Positions 17,660 to 28,400 of a stretch of 64,000 bases of DNA are shown piece after piece (positions within the stretch are counted from its first letter, which is position 1; every line of letters begins with the position of its first letter). This stretch comes from Methanobacteriota archaeon (GTDB taxonomy: Archaea; Thermoplasmatota; Poseidoniia; Poseidoniales; Poseidoniaceae): contig PBDU01000017.1 of the NCBI GenBank assembly GCA_002718195.1, positions 53,818 through 117,817 of the forward strand. The letters run 5' to 3'. The notes under the pieces are model-generated. The model did not search any database. It was given only the letters and a program-made list of their open reading frames with translations, and was not told the DNA's origin. Made by a program: the position numbers and the translations under genes.

Positions 17660-18615
17660 TCAATTTTGCCCGATTTCCAATAGCCTCTGTACATTAATGT
17701 AGTTTGGAATGGTAAAATCAACTCTCCATCTCTAGAAACTGCGATTAACCCGCCTCTACCGTTCAAGGGTTTTACAAGTTCGAGGACATCAATGCCGGCT
17801 TTTTCTAGAGGATATTTTTCAGTTGGGAAATAATTTTTGTATCTATTTGCAACTTCATGGGCAGCACAAACTCGTATGAATGCCTCCCCAACTCCAGTAC
17901 AGGAAACAGCGACTGATTGATCTGCCCATGTGCCAGCACCAATTATTGGAGTATCACCAATTCTTCCATCAGGCTTTCCCGTCATTCCGCCAGTAGAAGT
18001 TGCTGCGGCAAGTCTGCCCTCATTATCCAAAACAACAGCGCCAACTGTTCCGGTTTGCTTGTCCTCTTCTATGTCCAAATCGTGGTCTAAAGCTGCATTA
18101 TCGTCTTCATCAGTAGAACCAGGTCTTGCATTTGCAGTTTTCCATTTTTGCCATTGTGCTTTTCTTAGATTTGTAATCAAATCTGAATTTTTCACTTCCT
18201 TACATCCATTTTCTATAGCCCAAGAGTCTGCAGGCTCAGAATTTAACATTACAGGCCAGCCTTTCTGCAGTATTTTTTCAGCGGCATTTATCGGGTTTTT
18301 CAAGCGCCTTGAGTTGACTATCGACCCAGCAGCACCATCACAACCCCGCATTATCGAAGCATCCATTGTTACAGAACCGTCAGCAGCGATGACACTACCC
18401 TTGCCTGCGTTGTATAATTCTTCATCTTCCATCATTGAGACAGCTATTCTAGATGCTTCTAAAGCATTGATATCTCCAGATTCTAGGGCGCTTCCGACCG
18501 TCTGTAATACATTCCTTAGGCACTCAAGTCGCTGAGGATCTAAATCGGTCAATCCTTTCCAGGGACCGTCTCCACCGGCTCCTCCATGGATGGCGATAAT
18601 CGCCATTAGTATCAC
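17626..18615 (-). CDS. isoaspartyl peptidase / plant-type L-asparaginase (Ntn hydrolase)
   Basis: IAIHGGAGG N-terminus, autoproteolytic/nucleophile region GTVGAVVLDNEGRLAAATSTGGMTGKPDGRIGDTPIIGAGTWAD. Confidence 0.88.
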   Translation of the reverse strand: MILMAIIAIHGGAGGDGPWKGLTDLDPQRLECLRNVLQTVGSALESGDINALEASRIAVSMMEDEELYNAGKGSVIAADGSVTMDASIMRGCDGAAGSIVNSRRLKNPINAAEKILQKGWPVMLNSEPADSWAIENGCKEVKNSDLITNLRKAQWQKWKTANARPGSTDEDDNAALDHDLDIEEDKQTGTVGAVVLDNEGRLAAATSTGGMTGKPDGRIGDTPIIGAGTWADQSVAVSCTGVGEAFIRVCAAHEVANRYKNYFPTEKYPLEKAGIDVLELVKPLNGRGGLIAVSRDGELILPFQTTLMYRGYWKSGKIECGIGPDYIEC

Positions 18616-19091
18616 TCCATTCTTACAGAGATAATCTTCTGGGGTTGTTTTGGTTTATCTCGCATGTTAGTTGGGGTATTTTCAATCGTTTTGACAACTG
18701 CCATGCCTCCAACAACCTCTCCGAATACTGCATGCCCTCCGTTTAACCATGGTGTTGGAACTGTAGTGATGAAGAATTGAGACCCACCAGAATCCCTTCC
18801 AGCATTGGCCATCGATAGGATTCCAGGCTTGTCGTGTGCGATTTTTAGTGCGGACTCTTCACATCTAATGCTCCAACCAGGTCCTCCGCTTCCTGCCCTG
18901 TTAGAGTCTGGGTCTGCAGAATGTGGGCATCCTCCTTGGAGCATAAAGTTAGGAATTACTCTGTGGAAATGCAAGCCATCATAATATCCCTTTTCCACCA
19001 GTTTGACAAAATTCGCAACAGTATCTGGTGCTCTGTCATTGTATAATTTCAAATTTATAGTTCCTGCTGAGGTCTCCATTATTGCTCGCAT
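18612..19091 (-). CDS. peptidyl-prolyl cis-trans isomerase, cyclophilin type
   Basis: FHRVIPNFMLQGG, ENTPTN; ORF track extends to 19193 but cyclophilin homology begins at METSAGTINLKLY so start placed at the MRAIMETS Met. Confidence 0.88.
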   Translation of the reverse strand: MRAIMETSAGTINLKLYNDRAPDTVANFVKLVEKGYYDGLHFHRVIPNFMLQGGCPHSADPDSNRAGSGGPGWSIRCEESALKIAHDKPGILSMANAGRDSGGSQFFITTVPTPWLNGGHAVFGEVVGGMAVVKTIENTPTNMRDKPKQPQKIISVRME

Positions 19092-19169
19092 GTTGATGTC
19101 TATTTGCTGGTACTTCATGAGTATTTTCTTATTCCAAATATTCAAAATCAAATTGGGCCAGCCCGAAAC
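19092..19169. promoter_or_regulatory. short AT-rich divergent intergenic region between cyclophilin (-) and glutathione peroxidase (+), presumed bidirectional promoter
   Basis: 78 bp AT-rich spacer (tatttgctggtacttcatgagtattttcttattccaaatattcaaaatc) between refined starts; no transcript data. Confidence 0.3.
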
Positions 19170-19616
19170 ATGGCAAATATAAGAGACATTCAATTTGAGG
19201 ATTCAGAAGGGAATAAAACATCATTAAACCAAATAACAGATAAAAAAATCGTTGTCGTAAATGTGGCAAGCGCTTGCGGCTTGACCCGACATTATTCCGG
19301 CTTGCAAGAACTTGCAGACAGTGGACATCAAGTGGTAGCCTTCCCTTGTAATCAATTCGGGGGTCAAGAGCCGGGCACAATTCAGGAGATTTGTGAATTT
19401 GCATCTTCCAAATATTCTGTAACATTTCCTATAATGGCAAAAATCGAGGTAAATGGGGATTCACAAATTCCTTTGTACACCGAATTAAACAAAGCAACCG
19501 ATTCAGAAGGGCACACAGGCGAAATACGCTGGAATTTTGAGAAATTCATCGTAGATGTTGATGGAAATGTTTCCAGATTCGCACCAGCGACATCACCCTC
19601 AGATTTACCTCTGTGA
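19170..19616 (+). CDS. glutathione peroxidase (Cys-type)
   Basis: VVVNVASACGLT peroxidatic Cys motif, WNFEKFIV; ORF-track TTG start at 19104 overlaps cyclophilin; ATG at 19170 (MANIRDIQF) fits GPx N-terminus. Confidence 0.88.
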   Translation: MANIRDIQFEDSEGNKTSLNQITDKKIVVVNVASACGLTRHYSGLQELADSGHQVVAFPCNQFGGQEPGTIQEICEFASSKYSVTFPIMAKIEVNGDSQIPLYTELNKATDSEGHTGEIRWNFEKFIVDVDGNVSRFAPATSPSDLPL

Positions 19617-20471
19617 TTGTAGTCCCTTGATTCGATTTTCCCTGTGAGTTTGGGCAATCCATGCTTTACCCATCTCGATTCCGAGAAGATAATCTCTGGT
19701 TAGTTCAATATCAGTACCACCTAGTCTAGAACATGACAGACTCTGCACAGGTTGTATTTGTTGAATTTTCAAACCCTCAGGAGGGTTTTCTATTAGATCC
19801 ACAGTATCATTGTAAACATCTGCTCTACTCAGAAGTGCCTTTGATAATTCTGGCATACTTCTCTTAAGTAATCTAGACATTAGTTTTGATGATTTACCAT
19901 CGTTTCGGTAACCTGTGGGTCTTGACCGAATTACTAGAATCTCAGTGGCTCCTAAATCAATTGCAGTTTGCAGAGGAATGGGCATTGTAATACCGCCATC
20001 AAGGAATCTTTTTCCATCGATTTCTATTGGATTTCTAACTACCAAAGGTAATGCAGAGGTTGCCATAATAACATGCTTCAGGTCTTTTTTGGTTGGTTTA
20101 TTCACCTCTAATTTTCCAGAGTCAACATTTGAAAGAGTTGCGTAAAACTCCTTTTTTGGGTTTGAGAAAATTTGTTCAATATCAAGCGGCTGAATTTCCT
20201 CCCCTATCTCGAAGAGCAAATCTAAATCTAGGAAATCACCACCTTTCAAGAAGTCTGAGAAACGTTTGAATGCACTTTTTGTTCTTGGGTCTTTCAGAAT
20301 TGTAATAGATCTCATAGGCTGTTTTGCTAAATAACTTGACAGCAGAATTGCTCCTGCAGATGTGCCTAGATGTAGGTCGAAGTTGACATCATTATCGGCC
20401 ATAAAGGCATCTAAGACTCCGGCTGCAAATGCTCCTCTTAGGCCACCACCCTCGACAATTATCGCTTTCAC
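19605..20471 (-). CDS. patatin-like phospholipase
   Basis: Oxyanion GGGLRGAFAAG, nucleophile elbow GTSAGA (GxSxG), catalytic DGG in RFLDGGITMPIP. Confidence 0.85.
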   Translation of the reverse strand: MKAIIVEGGGLRGAFAAGVLDAFMADNDVNFDLHLGTSAGAILLSSYLAKQPMRSITILKDPRTKSAFKRFSDFLKGGDFLDLDLLFEIGEEIQPLDIEQIFSNPKKEFYATLSNVDSGKLEVNKPTKKDLKHVIMATSALPLVVRNPIEIDGKRFLDGGITMPIPLQTAIDLGATEILVIRSRPTGYRNDGKSSKLMSRLLKRSMPELSKALLSRADVYNDTVDLIENPPEGLKIQQIQPVQSLSCSRLGGTDIELTRDYLLGIEMGKAWIAQTHRENRIKGLQSQR

Positions 20472-20576
20472 GGTTTAATTATTACACCGGCTGTATATCA
20501 AACTCTTCCTTAATTGTCTAACTTTATTGGTAAAAATCTAGGATGATAATATAAGCAAATAAGAACACATTAGAGC

Positions 20577-22343
20577 ATGAGCGAGAACCAAGCAATGACT
20601 GAGGAGCAAAAGAAGAAAGCTCATTTTGGCTATCAGATGTATGACTGGGCAAGGTCAGCGTTTGAAACATCAGTAGTTGTTGCTATTCTCCCAGTTTGGT
20701 TCGTATACCTATTTATGCAAGCAAATGGACAAGAAGTCTCAATTGCTGGTATGACACAAACCGCAGATGGATTATTTGCTTTCATAACGGGTTTGGCTGC
20801 TATTTCAGTAGCCATTCTCAGCCCTGGTTTAGGAGTAATTGCTGATAGGATTCCAGTAAAACAAGTGATGTTGCGTTGGTTCACCATAGTTGGAGCAGGA
20901 GCAACTATCCTACTGGGTGGGGCAATTATACTGCCAATGGAAGCAAAATGGGTTTGGCTTGCAGTAATGTTCTTTTTATCAAATGTAGGAGCTAATGCAG
21001 CAGGCGTATTCTACAATTCACTGCTTCCTCATATTTGTGAGACCGATGAGGAACTTGATAGAGTTTCGACAAAGGCTTTCATGTATGGATACGTAGGCGG
21101 TGGTCTACTATTGGCCGTTCATCTTGGTCTAGTTTTAGGAGTAACAGGGGATTGGGTAGTACCGTTTTGCTTGTCTTCATCCGGTGTTTGGTGGTTTGGA
21201 TTTGCAATTTACACCTTCAAAGGAATTCCAGAACCTGAAATTGTGAACCCAATTGAAAATTTATCATTAGGCAGCGCGACCAAATTAGCACTATCTGAGA
21301 TAGCAAAAACAATCAAAGATTTCCGCAGTACCTACAAGGTTCTTGGTTTGTATCTCATCTCCTACCTATTATTCATAGATGGAATAATTAGTGTTACGGC
21401 CTTAGGAGGAATCTATGGAGCATCAGTTTTAGGAGTTCCAGAAATATCGAACATGGCAGTCATTCTTCTAATTCAATTCGTAGCCTTTCCATCTGCTGCA
21501 TTTTTCATTTGGTTCGCAAAGAAGACTTCAACCAAAACCACAATTATAGTCACATGTGCATTATGGTGTGTTGTTATTTTAGGGGCAGTAAGTTTCGCCC
21601 CCCTTGCTCTGGAAAATCATGAAGATCACGATTTCATGGTCGTGCAAAATGAGGACGGGATCTCATTTACAATTTCAGTTGATTACGAAAATTTCTCGAT
21701 AGCATCTGGTGAAGCCGGAAGTGATGCTGAATTTAGGAATGCAGTATCATATTTGTATCCTCCAGAAGAAGTAAATTCAACTACAGAATTGTATGAATTC
21801 ACGGGAGAAAGTAGGATTCTGAATCAATCTGAGTTGGATGAGTTACTACAATATTTGCCGAGTACAAGATTTTCCTTGTCAGTTTCTAATGGCGAAGAGT
21901 TTGAATCATTCCTTGGCGAAGATCATCCTGTAAGCCTTGGAGATGGTTACATAGACGCCATACCAATTTGGACTAGAGACAATATTTGGCAACCCATGAA
22001 TATTGGAATTTCAATTCAATGGTTATTGATTGGCTTAGGAGCTGGCTTTTTGTTAGGTGGTAGCCAAGGAATGGCGCGTTCATTATTCGCTCAAATGGTG
22101 CCTGAAAGCAGAAGTGCTGAATTCTTTGGATTCATCGGATTCTTTGGAAAGGTTGCAGCATTCATAGGTCCGTGGATGTACGTTGCAATTGGTAACGTAG
22201 CGGATTCAAGGACCGCTATCATGTCGATTTTGATGTTGATCGTAGCAGGTGTAATTCTGCTATTCTTTGTTGATGTAGAAGAAGGAGCAAGAGTTGCCGC
22301 AGAAGAGGATGCTAAGTATAGAGCGGCTCAATCCGAAGATTAA
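20577..22343 (+). CDS. MFS transporter, Atg22/UMF1-like family
   Basis: N-terminal YQMYDWARSAFETSVV signature typical of UMF1/Atg22 family, about 12 hydrophobic helices with a large central soluble insertion. Confidence 0.65.
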   Translation: MSENQAMTEEQKKKAHFGYQMYDWARSAFETSVVVAILPVWFVYLFMQANGQEVSIAGMTQTADGLFAFITGLAAISVAILSPGLGVIADRIPVKQVMLRWFTIVGAGATILLGGAIILPMEAKWVWLAVMFFLSNVGANAAGVFYNSLLPHICETDEELDRVSTKAFMYGYVGGGLLLAVHLGLVLGVTGDWVVPFCLSSSGVWWFGFAIYTFKGIPEPEIVNPIENLSLGSATKLALSEIAKTIKDFRSTYKVLGLYLISYLLFIDGIISVTALGGIYGASVLGVPEISNMAVILLIQFVAFPSAAFFIWFAKKTSTKTTIIVTCALWCVVILGAVSFAPLALENHEDHDFMVVQNEDGISFTISVDYENFSIASGEAGSDAEFRNAVSYLYPPEEVNSTTELYEFTGESRILNQSELDELLQYLPSTRFSLSVSNGEEFESFLGEDHPVSLGDGYIDAIPIWTRDNIWQPMNIGISIQWLLIGLGAGFLLGGSQGMARSLFAQMVPESRSAEFFGFIGFFGKVAAFIGPWMYVAIGNVADSRTAIMSILMLIVAGVILLFFVDVEEGARVAAEEDAKYRAAQSED

Positions 22344-23722
22344 CCCCAATAATACGTCCAATAGAGTATGTTTGCTACTACTATGACCACAATTCCCATT
22401 GGGATAGATACGATTGCTCCCCAGCCCTGTGGCTTTCTATTTGTTGTGAATCCCATTATGCCGGTTGCTAATATGCTAAAAACTGAAAAAATTGGCATTG
22501 CTACAGTAGCGACATCATACATAAGCCATTCATTGTCTGTAATTACTTCACTTTCGTCAAATACGAAAAATGAGACAGAGATTACATCCATCTCTTCTGG
22601 AATAGCTATCCAAGCGGTCTGGTTTTCAGAATAGATATTCCCAATTTGGACAGTAGTGTATTCAATTTCATAATTCGGGGCACACTGGAAAAATTGATTA
22701 TAAGAATAAGATTCGCAATTGTAATCTATCCAAACGGTTGAATTATTCTTTTGATAAGAAAAACCGCCGCTCAAACTAACTATGCTATGATATTCAGAAA
22801 GGTCGTAAAAAATACCGGTTGAATTATTCTCGATGCTTGGCATGATATCTTCTACTCTTTCCCAATTGCCGTTTTCGGTTCGATAACTAAGCATTAACAC
22901 TCCATCTACAGATAAGTTTTCACCAGGAATGGAAATAATTCCATCATCGAGAGTAATTCTGTTAAGGTCATAATCTATGTCTAGGTAATGGTAAAACACT
23001 CCTGTTACCGGAGTTTCGTAATAATATCCACCGTAATCGTAGTATGTCTCTTCGATATAATAATCTGTTGAATCCCAACAGTCGATGACATTTTGTTGGC
23101 GGTAATGAGAAATAGATGGATCATAGAAAGAACAAGAATATACGAATTGGTCTGAACTCAGTCCTAGTTCGAACATCTGCAGTTCACTGGTTGATTGATC
23201 AATTGGTAAATACACCTCGCTATATTCAGAATCCCAACTATTTCCAGCATACGGGTCTGTGCTTATGATGATGATCGCAGATAGAATAAAAACCGCAGTC
23301 GGGATTCCTACGCCTATCAAAAACTGTTTTGTCTTTTCTCCATTTTTTGGCTTCTCATTCTTATGATCCCACAAACCCTGACCAACTGAACCCGAGATAG
23401 TTCCGCCAAACATTTGTTGATTCTGCATCATAATCTGGTTTGGATCAATTGGATTCTGAACTGAACTTCGGGCTTGATTGTTCAGAAGATTTTGATTCGT
23501 TTGGATTTGTTGCTGCATATTATCTGTGTTGAATTGCGCAGGATCTGCAAATCCCATACTGATGCCATCAGCAAATATATTTCCAACACCCTTTGGATCA
23601 TCTCCACCATCAAGGGGGTGACCTGGACCCAGTGTCATGTAGCGACTTAGAGGAATTTTTGATTTGAATATTTCTCCAGTTCGCAGGTAACTGCATCTAG
23701 GAAATTCGGGGAGCACTGGCAT
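22340..23722 (-). CDS. hypothetical membrane protein with Q/N-rich N-terminal region, Tyr-rich extracellular domain and C-terminal TM helices
   Basis: QQQIQTNQNLLNNQARSSVQNPIDPNQIMMQNQQMF low complexity; TM FLIGVGIPTAVFILSAIIIIST; YYDYGGYYYETP; two C-terminal hydrophobic helices. ORF start overlaps pckA stop by 26 nt; internal Met likely. Confidence 0.45.
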   Translation of the reverse strand: MPVLPEFPRCSYLRTGEIFKSKIPLSRYMTLGPGHPLDGGDDPKGVGNIFADGISMGFADPAQFNTDNMQQQIQTNQNLLNNQARSSVQNPIDPNQIMMQNQQMFGGTISGSVGQGLWDHKNEKPKNGEKTKQFLIGVGIPTAVFILSAIIIISTDPYAGNSWDSEYSEVYLPIDQSTSELQMFELGLSSDQFVYSCSFYDPSISHYRQQNVIDCWDSTDYYIEETYYDYGGYYYETPVTGVFYHYLDIDYDLNRITLDDGIISIPGENLSVDGVLMLSYRTENGNWERVEDIMPSIENNSTGIFYDLSEYHSIVSLSGGFSYQKNNSTVWIDYNCESYSYNQFFQCAPNYEIEYTTVQIGNIYSENQTAWIAIPEEMDVISVSFFVFDESEVITDNEWLMYDVATVAMPIFSVFSILATGIMGFTTNRKPQGWGAIVSIPMGIVVIVVANILYWTYYWG

Positions 23723-25295
23723 TTACCGCATCAGAAACTCCATTTGCATATCTCTTGAAATTTTCATTGAACATATTTGCCAATTTATCTGCAGTAGCAT
23801 CATATTCCGAAGCATTAACCCAAGTGTTTTTGGGTATCAAAACCTCACTCGGGACATCTTTGCAAGATGTGGGAACTTCAAATCCAAACCTTTCATCGAC
23901 CACAAACTCGACGTCATCAAGGTCTCCATTAAGAGCAGCATTCAACATTGCTCTAGTGTACTTGATTTTCATTCTTGAACCAACTCCGTAAGCCCCTCCG
24001 GACCATCCTGTGTTGATTAGCCAAGCAGTTGCTCCATGCTCTGCCATTTTTTCGCTAAGAAGGTCAGCATATACACCTGGGTGCATTGGCATGAATGGCT
24101 CTCCAAAGCAGGCTGAGAAAGTAGCTTGTGGTTCTTTTACACCAACTTCTGTTCCTGCAACCTTTGCAGTATAGCCAGAAATGAAATGGTATGCTGCTTG
24201 CGCTGGTGTTAATTTTGAGATAGGAGGAAGCACTCCAAACGCATCACAGGTTAGGAAAATCACATTTTGAGGATGACCACCTTTAGAATCAGCGGTTCTG
24301 TTGTCAATGAATTCAATTGGGTAAGATCCTCTAGTGTTCTGAGTTTTAGAGGTGTCATGGAAATCTGGGACTCCGGCATCATCTAGGACAATATTTTCAA
24401 GCACAGTTCCGAATTTTCTAGTTGTGGCAAAAATCGCTGGTTCGTCTTCCTCGTTTAGGTCGATTAGTTTTGCATAGCATCCGCCCTCGAAGTTGAATAC
24501 TCCATTTGCTCCCCATCCGTGCTCATCGTCACCGATTAGGGCACGGTTAGGATCTGCTGATAGGGTAGTTTTTCCGGTTCCGGAAAGACCGAAGAAAATT
24601 GCAGTATTATCGCCGGTGGTGTTTGCAGAGCAGTGCATAGGCAGGATTCCCTTCTTTGGTAGAATCAAATTCATTACGCTGAAGATAGATTTCTTGATTT
24701 CTCCAGCATATCTTGTTCCACCAATGATTACTTCCTTTGCATCATAATTGACTATTACAAAGCAGTGAGAATTAACTCCATCCACCTCAGGGTTAGCCTC
24801 GAAATGCGGTGCGTGTAGAACCGTAAATTGCGGTTCATGTCTACTGAGTTGGTCTTCGGTGGGCCTGATGAACATGTTTCTTGCGAAAGCATTGTGCCAG
24901 GCATTGTGGTTTACCACTCTAATCGGGAGTGCCTCGGACTCTTCAGCACCGCAATATAGGTCTTGAACGAATAGTGCATCTCTTTTGCTTAGGAAATCAA
25001 CAACTTTTGCTCTGAGGTTGGTGAAAGTCTCTAAGTCGGTTGAAACGTTGACGTCTCCCCAATTTATATCACCTTCAGTTGTTGCTTCTTTGACTATAAA
25101 TTTGTCATTTGGAGATCTTCCGGTTCTTTCTCCGGTTTCAGTTACAAGAGCTTTGTGCGCAGAATATTTCCCTTCTCCCCTTTCGACTGCTAATTCAATA
25201 AGAGATTGGGCATCTAGGTTGTGATAAATATTCCCGGATGGGTTCACGCCTAACGATTTTAACTCTGAACGGACGGCTATGTCAGCGTCGGTCAT
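23697..25295 (-). CDS. pckA: phosphoenolpyruvate carboxykinase (ATP-dependent)
   Basis: Kinase-1a FFGLSGTGKTTLS, LIGDDEHGW, INTGWSGG; N-terminus MTDADIAVRSELKSLGV aligns to bacterial PckA start; ORF track extends 46 codons further to 25433. Confidence 0.93.
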   Translation of the reverse strand: MTDADIAVRSELKSLGVNPSGNIYHNLDAQSLIELAVERGEGKYSAHKALVTETGERTGRSPNDKFIVKEATTEGDINWGDVNVSTDLETFTNLRAKVVDFLSKRDALFVQDLYCGAEESEALPIRVVNHNAWHNAFARNMFIRPTEDQLSRHEPQFTVLHAPHFEANPEVDGVNSHCFVIVNYDAKEVIIGGTRYAGEIKKSIFSVMNLILPKKGILPMHCSANTTGDNTAIFFGLSGTGKTTLSADPNRALIGDDEHGWGANGVFNFEGGCYAKLIDLNEEDEPAIFATTRKFGTVLENIVLDDAGVPDFHDTSKTQNTRGSYPIEFIDNRTADSKGGHPQNVIFLTCDAFGVLPPISKLTPAQAAYHFISGYTAKVAGTEVGVKEPQATFSACFGEPFMPMHPGVYADLLSEKMAEHGATAWLINTGWSGGAYGVGSRMKIKYTRAMLNAALNGDLDDVEFVVDERFGFEVPTSCKDVPSEVLIPKNTWVNASEYDATADKLANMFNENFKRYANGVSDAVNASAPRIS

Positions 25296-25470
25296 GAACC
25301 CGCCTCTCGCGCCCCTTCTTAGTGCATTTCGGTTAGAAGTGATTACAAAATCCGGTGTAGCCAGTAACACCGCTTCTCCGAACCCTATAATCGGGAATCG
25401 CCTGAATAATGGAATCATTGAGGTTTTATTCACAAATAGGTTTCAATATTAAGTCCCCAAGGGCTCTTTC

Positions 25471-28400
25471 ATGAGCAAAGACTCGTCTGATAATTCAGAT
25501 GAGTTGATTCGAAAGAAAAATTTTGGTAGAGCAACAGGAATTGACCTATCAGCATTTAATCTAAATCAGGATGTTGTTGAGAATAAAGAACCAGAACCCA
25601 AGCAAGAAATTCAGGAGCCTGAAATGGACCAAGCGGTTGGTGAAGTATACGAATTTTTCACAGAGGGTAAACAGGTTACAGAGGATAATGTTGAACAATT
25701 CGATAGCGTGACGGATTTCGCAGTTCAAGGAGAGAGTAGAGTAAGCGGTGGCTTGCTTGTCATGATGATTCTAACATACTCCATATTCGCAACATTGATC
25801 GGAACTGTGGTTCCTCAATTTATTGCGGCACCTACATTAGTAGCTTTGATCGTTAGTGGATTATACCTTGGCGAGCGTTGGATTCCAAACCCAAACATGA
25901 GGCTACTCGGTGTTACTTGGGTTATCATTTCTATGAAAATATTCTATGGTTTAGCAATCGATGCTCATCATTGGGGTTGGTTAGATGGGTTTGGAGTGGA
26001 TGAGGATATTGTTCTTGGAATTTCATTACTAGCCATAGTTGCTGTAAATGTATTCATCGCCCAAAGGCACAATGAGGACGCAATTGCTGCTCAGGCAACG
26101 CTAGTTCTTCTTGCAGTAGGTAGTGCTGCAGGAGCGATTTATGGGGAAATGGGCGTTGCAGTTATGATTTGTCTAGGAGTGATCTTATTCCATGTGCTTG
26201 CCTTTTTGAGAAATTCAGGTAATCTTGCAAGCCTTGGCATAGCAACATCATATCTATGGGTCGGTTTACATGCAATCTCGCAAAATTGGAAAATTGCAGG
26301 CATTGATTTCGTACCGTTTGAGGATGATTTGCTATTGTTCATCTTAATGTTCTTTGTCACAGGTATAAATGCCACCGTTGCAACTAGATTTTCAAGCGAA
26401 AGAAATTGGTTCTCGGATGGCTTTGAGGCACTAGGTCTTGGTAAACCCGGTCTGTGGTCAGTTTCTGTTGGTCTGGGAATGATTGGGGCATTTTTGGCCT
26501 TAACTGCATTTAGGGACCAAACCGGTTACGCATTGGCGCAATTGAGCTTACTTGGGTCTGCGTTCAGCGCGTCTTATCTTGTTGTGAGAGGAGTTTCCTG
26601 GAATAAGGTGATTGCATTTGTAGGATATCCTGCACCGATCTTACTAGCAATTCTAATTTTGATGACAGGGAGGGATACTGAACTATTTGGAGTTCTTTCC
26701 GGTTATGATGTATATTCTGTACTAACAGTGGTTTTGACCGGCTTTATTTTACTTCAAAATCAGACCAATGTTTCTGATCAAGTCATTTGGGGAGTGGGCG
26801 TTTCAGCCGTGCTTATTTTGACGATTTTAATCCCAGCCGAGGATTATTCCGGGGCAAGAATGTTGCTATACTCCCAGGCAGTTGTTTGGATTGGCATGGG
26901 CGCGTTGGCGCTTTTGAGAAAGTCGGCTGGTATTGCTGGCTTTTCTGTATTAGGGCCTTGGATTTGGTTGCTAATGGTTGCAAGTGGAGCAGAGGATAGA
27001 ATCATCTCAGTGGAAATTCTTCCTACTAATTTCCCAGAATATGATATGACCGCTGTAATTATTCTCATGCTTGTTCAGCAATATACAGTCAACGCCAAAT
27101 TAGGATCTACTAACCTCAATTTAGCAGCCGCAGTACCGGGGTTGAGTGAATTCGGTGCAAGGCTAAGAGATTCTAACTTCATGAATCTCTGGAATATAGG
27201 ATTCATTGTAGCATTGATTTCAATAAGTGCAATAACTCAGCCAGAAAAAGTACCAGCAGTTGGATTAATTGTTGCATTGAATTTGTTAGTAGTAGCGCAT
27301 GCAGCTATGGCTTATTTCCAAATTCATAGGGGAAATCCAAGGACCTTACTGGGTATATGGGGGGCATTTACGATAGTAATTTCATGGGTTTTTGGATACT
27401 CTCCATTCTGGACTCTCGGCTTGTTTATTGCCGTTCTACTGTTACTTCTTGATTCGGATAGATTGTTGCGTACTGATATTGCAAAACTCGATTTGGAAGC
27501 AAAAGAAGCGATGCCAGCAAAATTACTTACCATGTCTATGGGTTTGGTGGCAGGATATCTAATCGTTCTAATTTTAGAGCCGCCCAAACAAATCTATCTT
27601 ACCGGATATGACCTAATTTCTGATCGCGCTCTAGAAGCACAGTATCTAGGGTTTATTTCAGTCGGAATGTTGCTTTTGTATCTCAGAAGAGCAGCGAAAT
27701 TGGAGAAATTATTACCTCCTACCATATCTGCAGTTGGAATGATAATCTGCATTGCTTTGGCTGGGGGAGTATATGATTCACAAGAACTTCAGACGCTTGC
27801 AGCGGTAGTCTTTGTCGGCTCTGGACTTTGGTTGATATCACAAGGAGAAATACGCTCTTCAATGCGGTCTTTGGCAACAATTAACGAAAGATTACAGAGG
27901 CACCAGCTAATGTCCGAAGTTAATTACATGGAGTCAACTGTTGATGTTAGGCAAGATTCAAATCAACCCCCTAAGAGTCAACCAGTTCCAGAAACAGTGT
28001 TGAATGCGTCTCAAATACAAACAGAAGAAGTATTCGCAGCACAGCCCGAGCCACCTGGCGACTTTGAAGTTAGCACACCTTCAATACAAGCATTTGATGT
28101 AAGAAGTATTGAACTACTTGAAAAGCAAAAGAAGCGCGCTAAGCGTAGGTCAGTTGAAAGTGAGTATGACCTAATAGTCGGTGACATAAGTTACAATCCG
28201 ACAATCGTTATCTTATTCTTAGCAGTGTTGCAGTTATTTGGAATACTTGTTGCTTACAGCGGAACTAGTACTACGTTTATTCCCATTCTCGTAGTAGGTA
28301 CAATATCCGTCATGCTAATATTTGTAGCAAAACAAAGGGCTAAGTCATTCAGTCTTCGTTTGCCGGATTTATTAGGTCTCGAAGCTCCAATCGCAGCCTC

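Noticed and set aside
17930-18535. 201-aa plus-strand ORF antisense to the isoaspartyl peptidase gene
   Set aside because: The minus-strand gene has clear Ntn-hydrolase motifs. The plus-strand product is Ser/Ala/Pro-rich low complexity.
19170-19616. Selenocysteine-containing GPx
   Set aside because: The peroxidatic position is encoded by TGC (Cys) in NVASACG, and there is no in-frame TGA.
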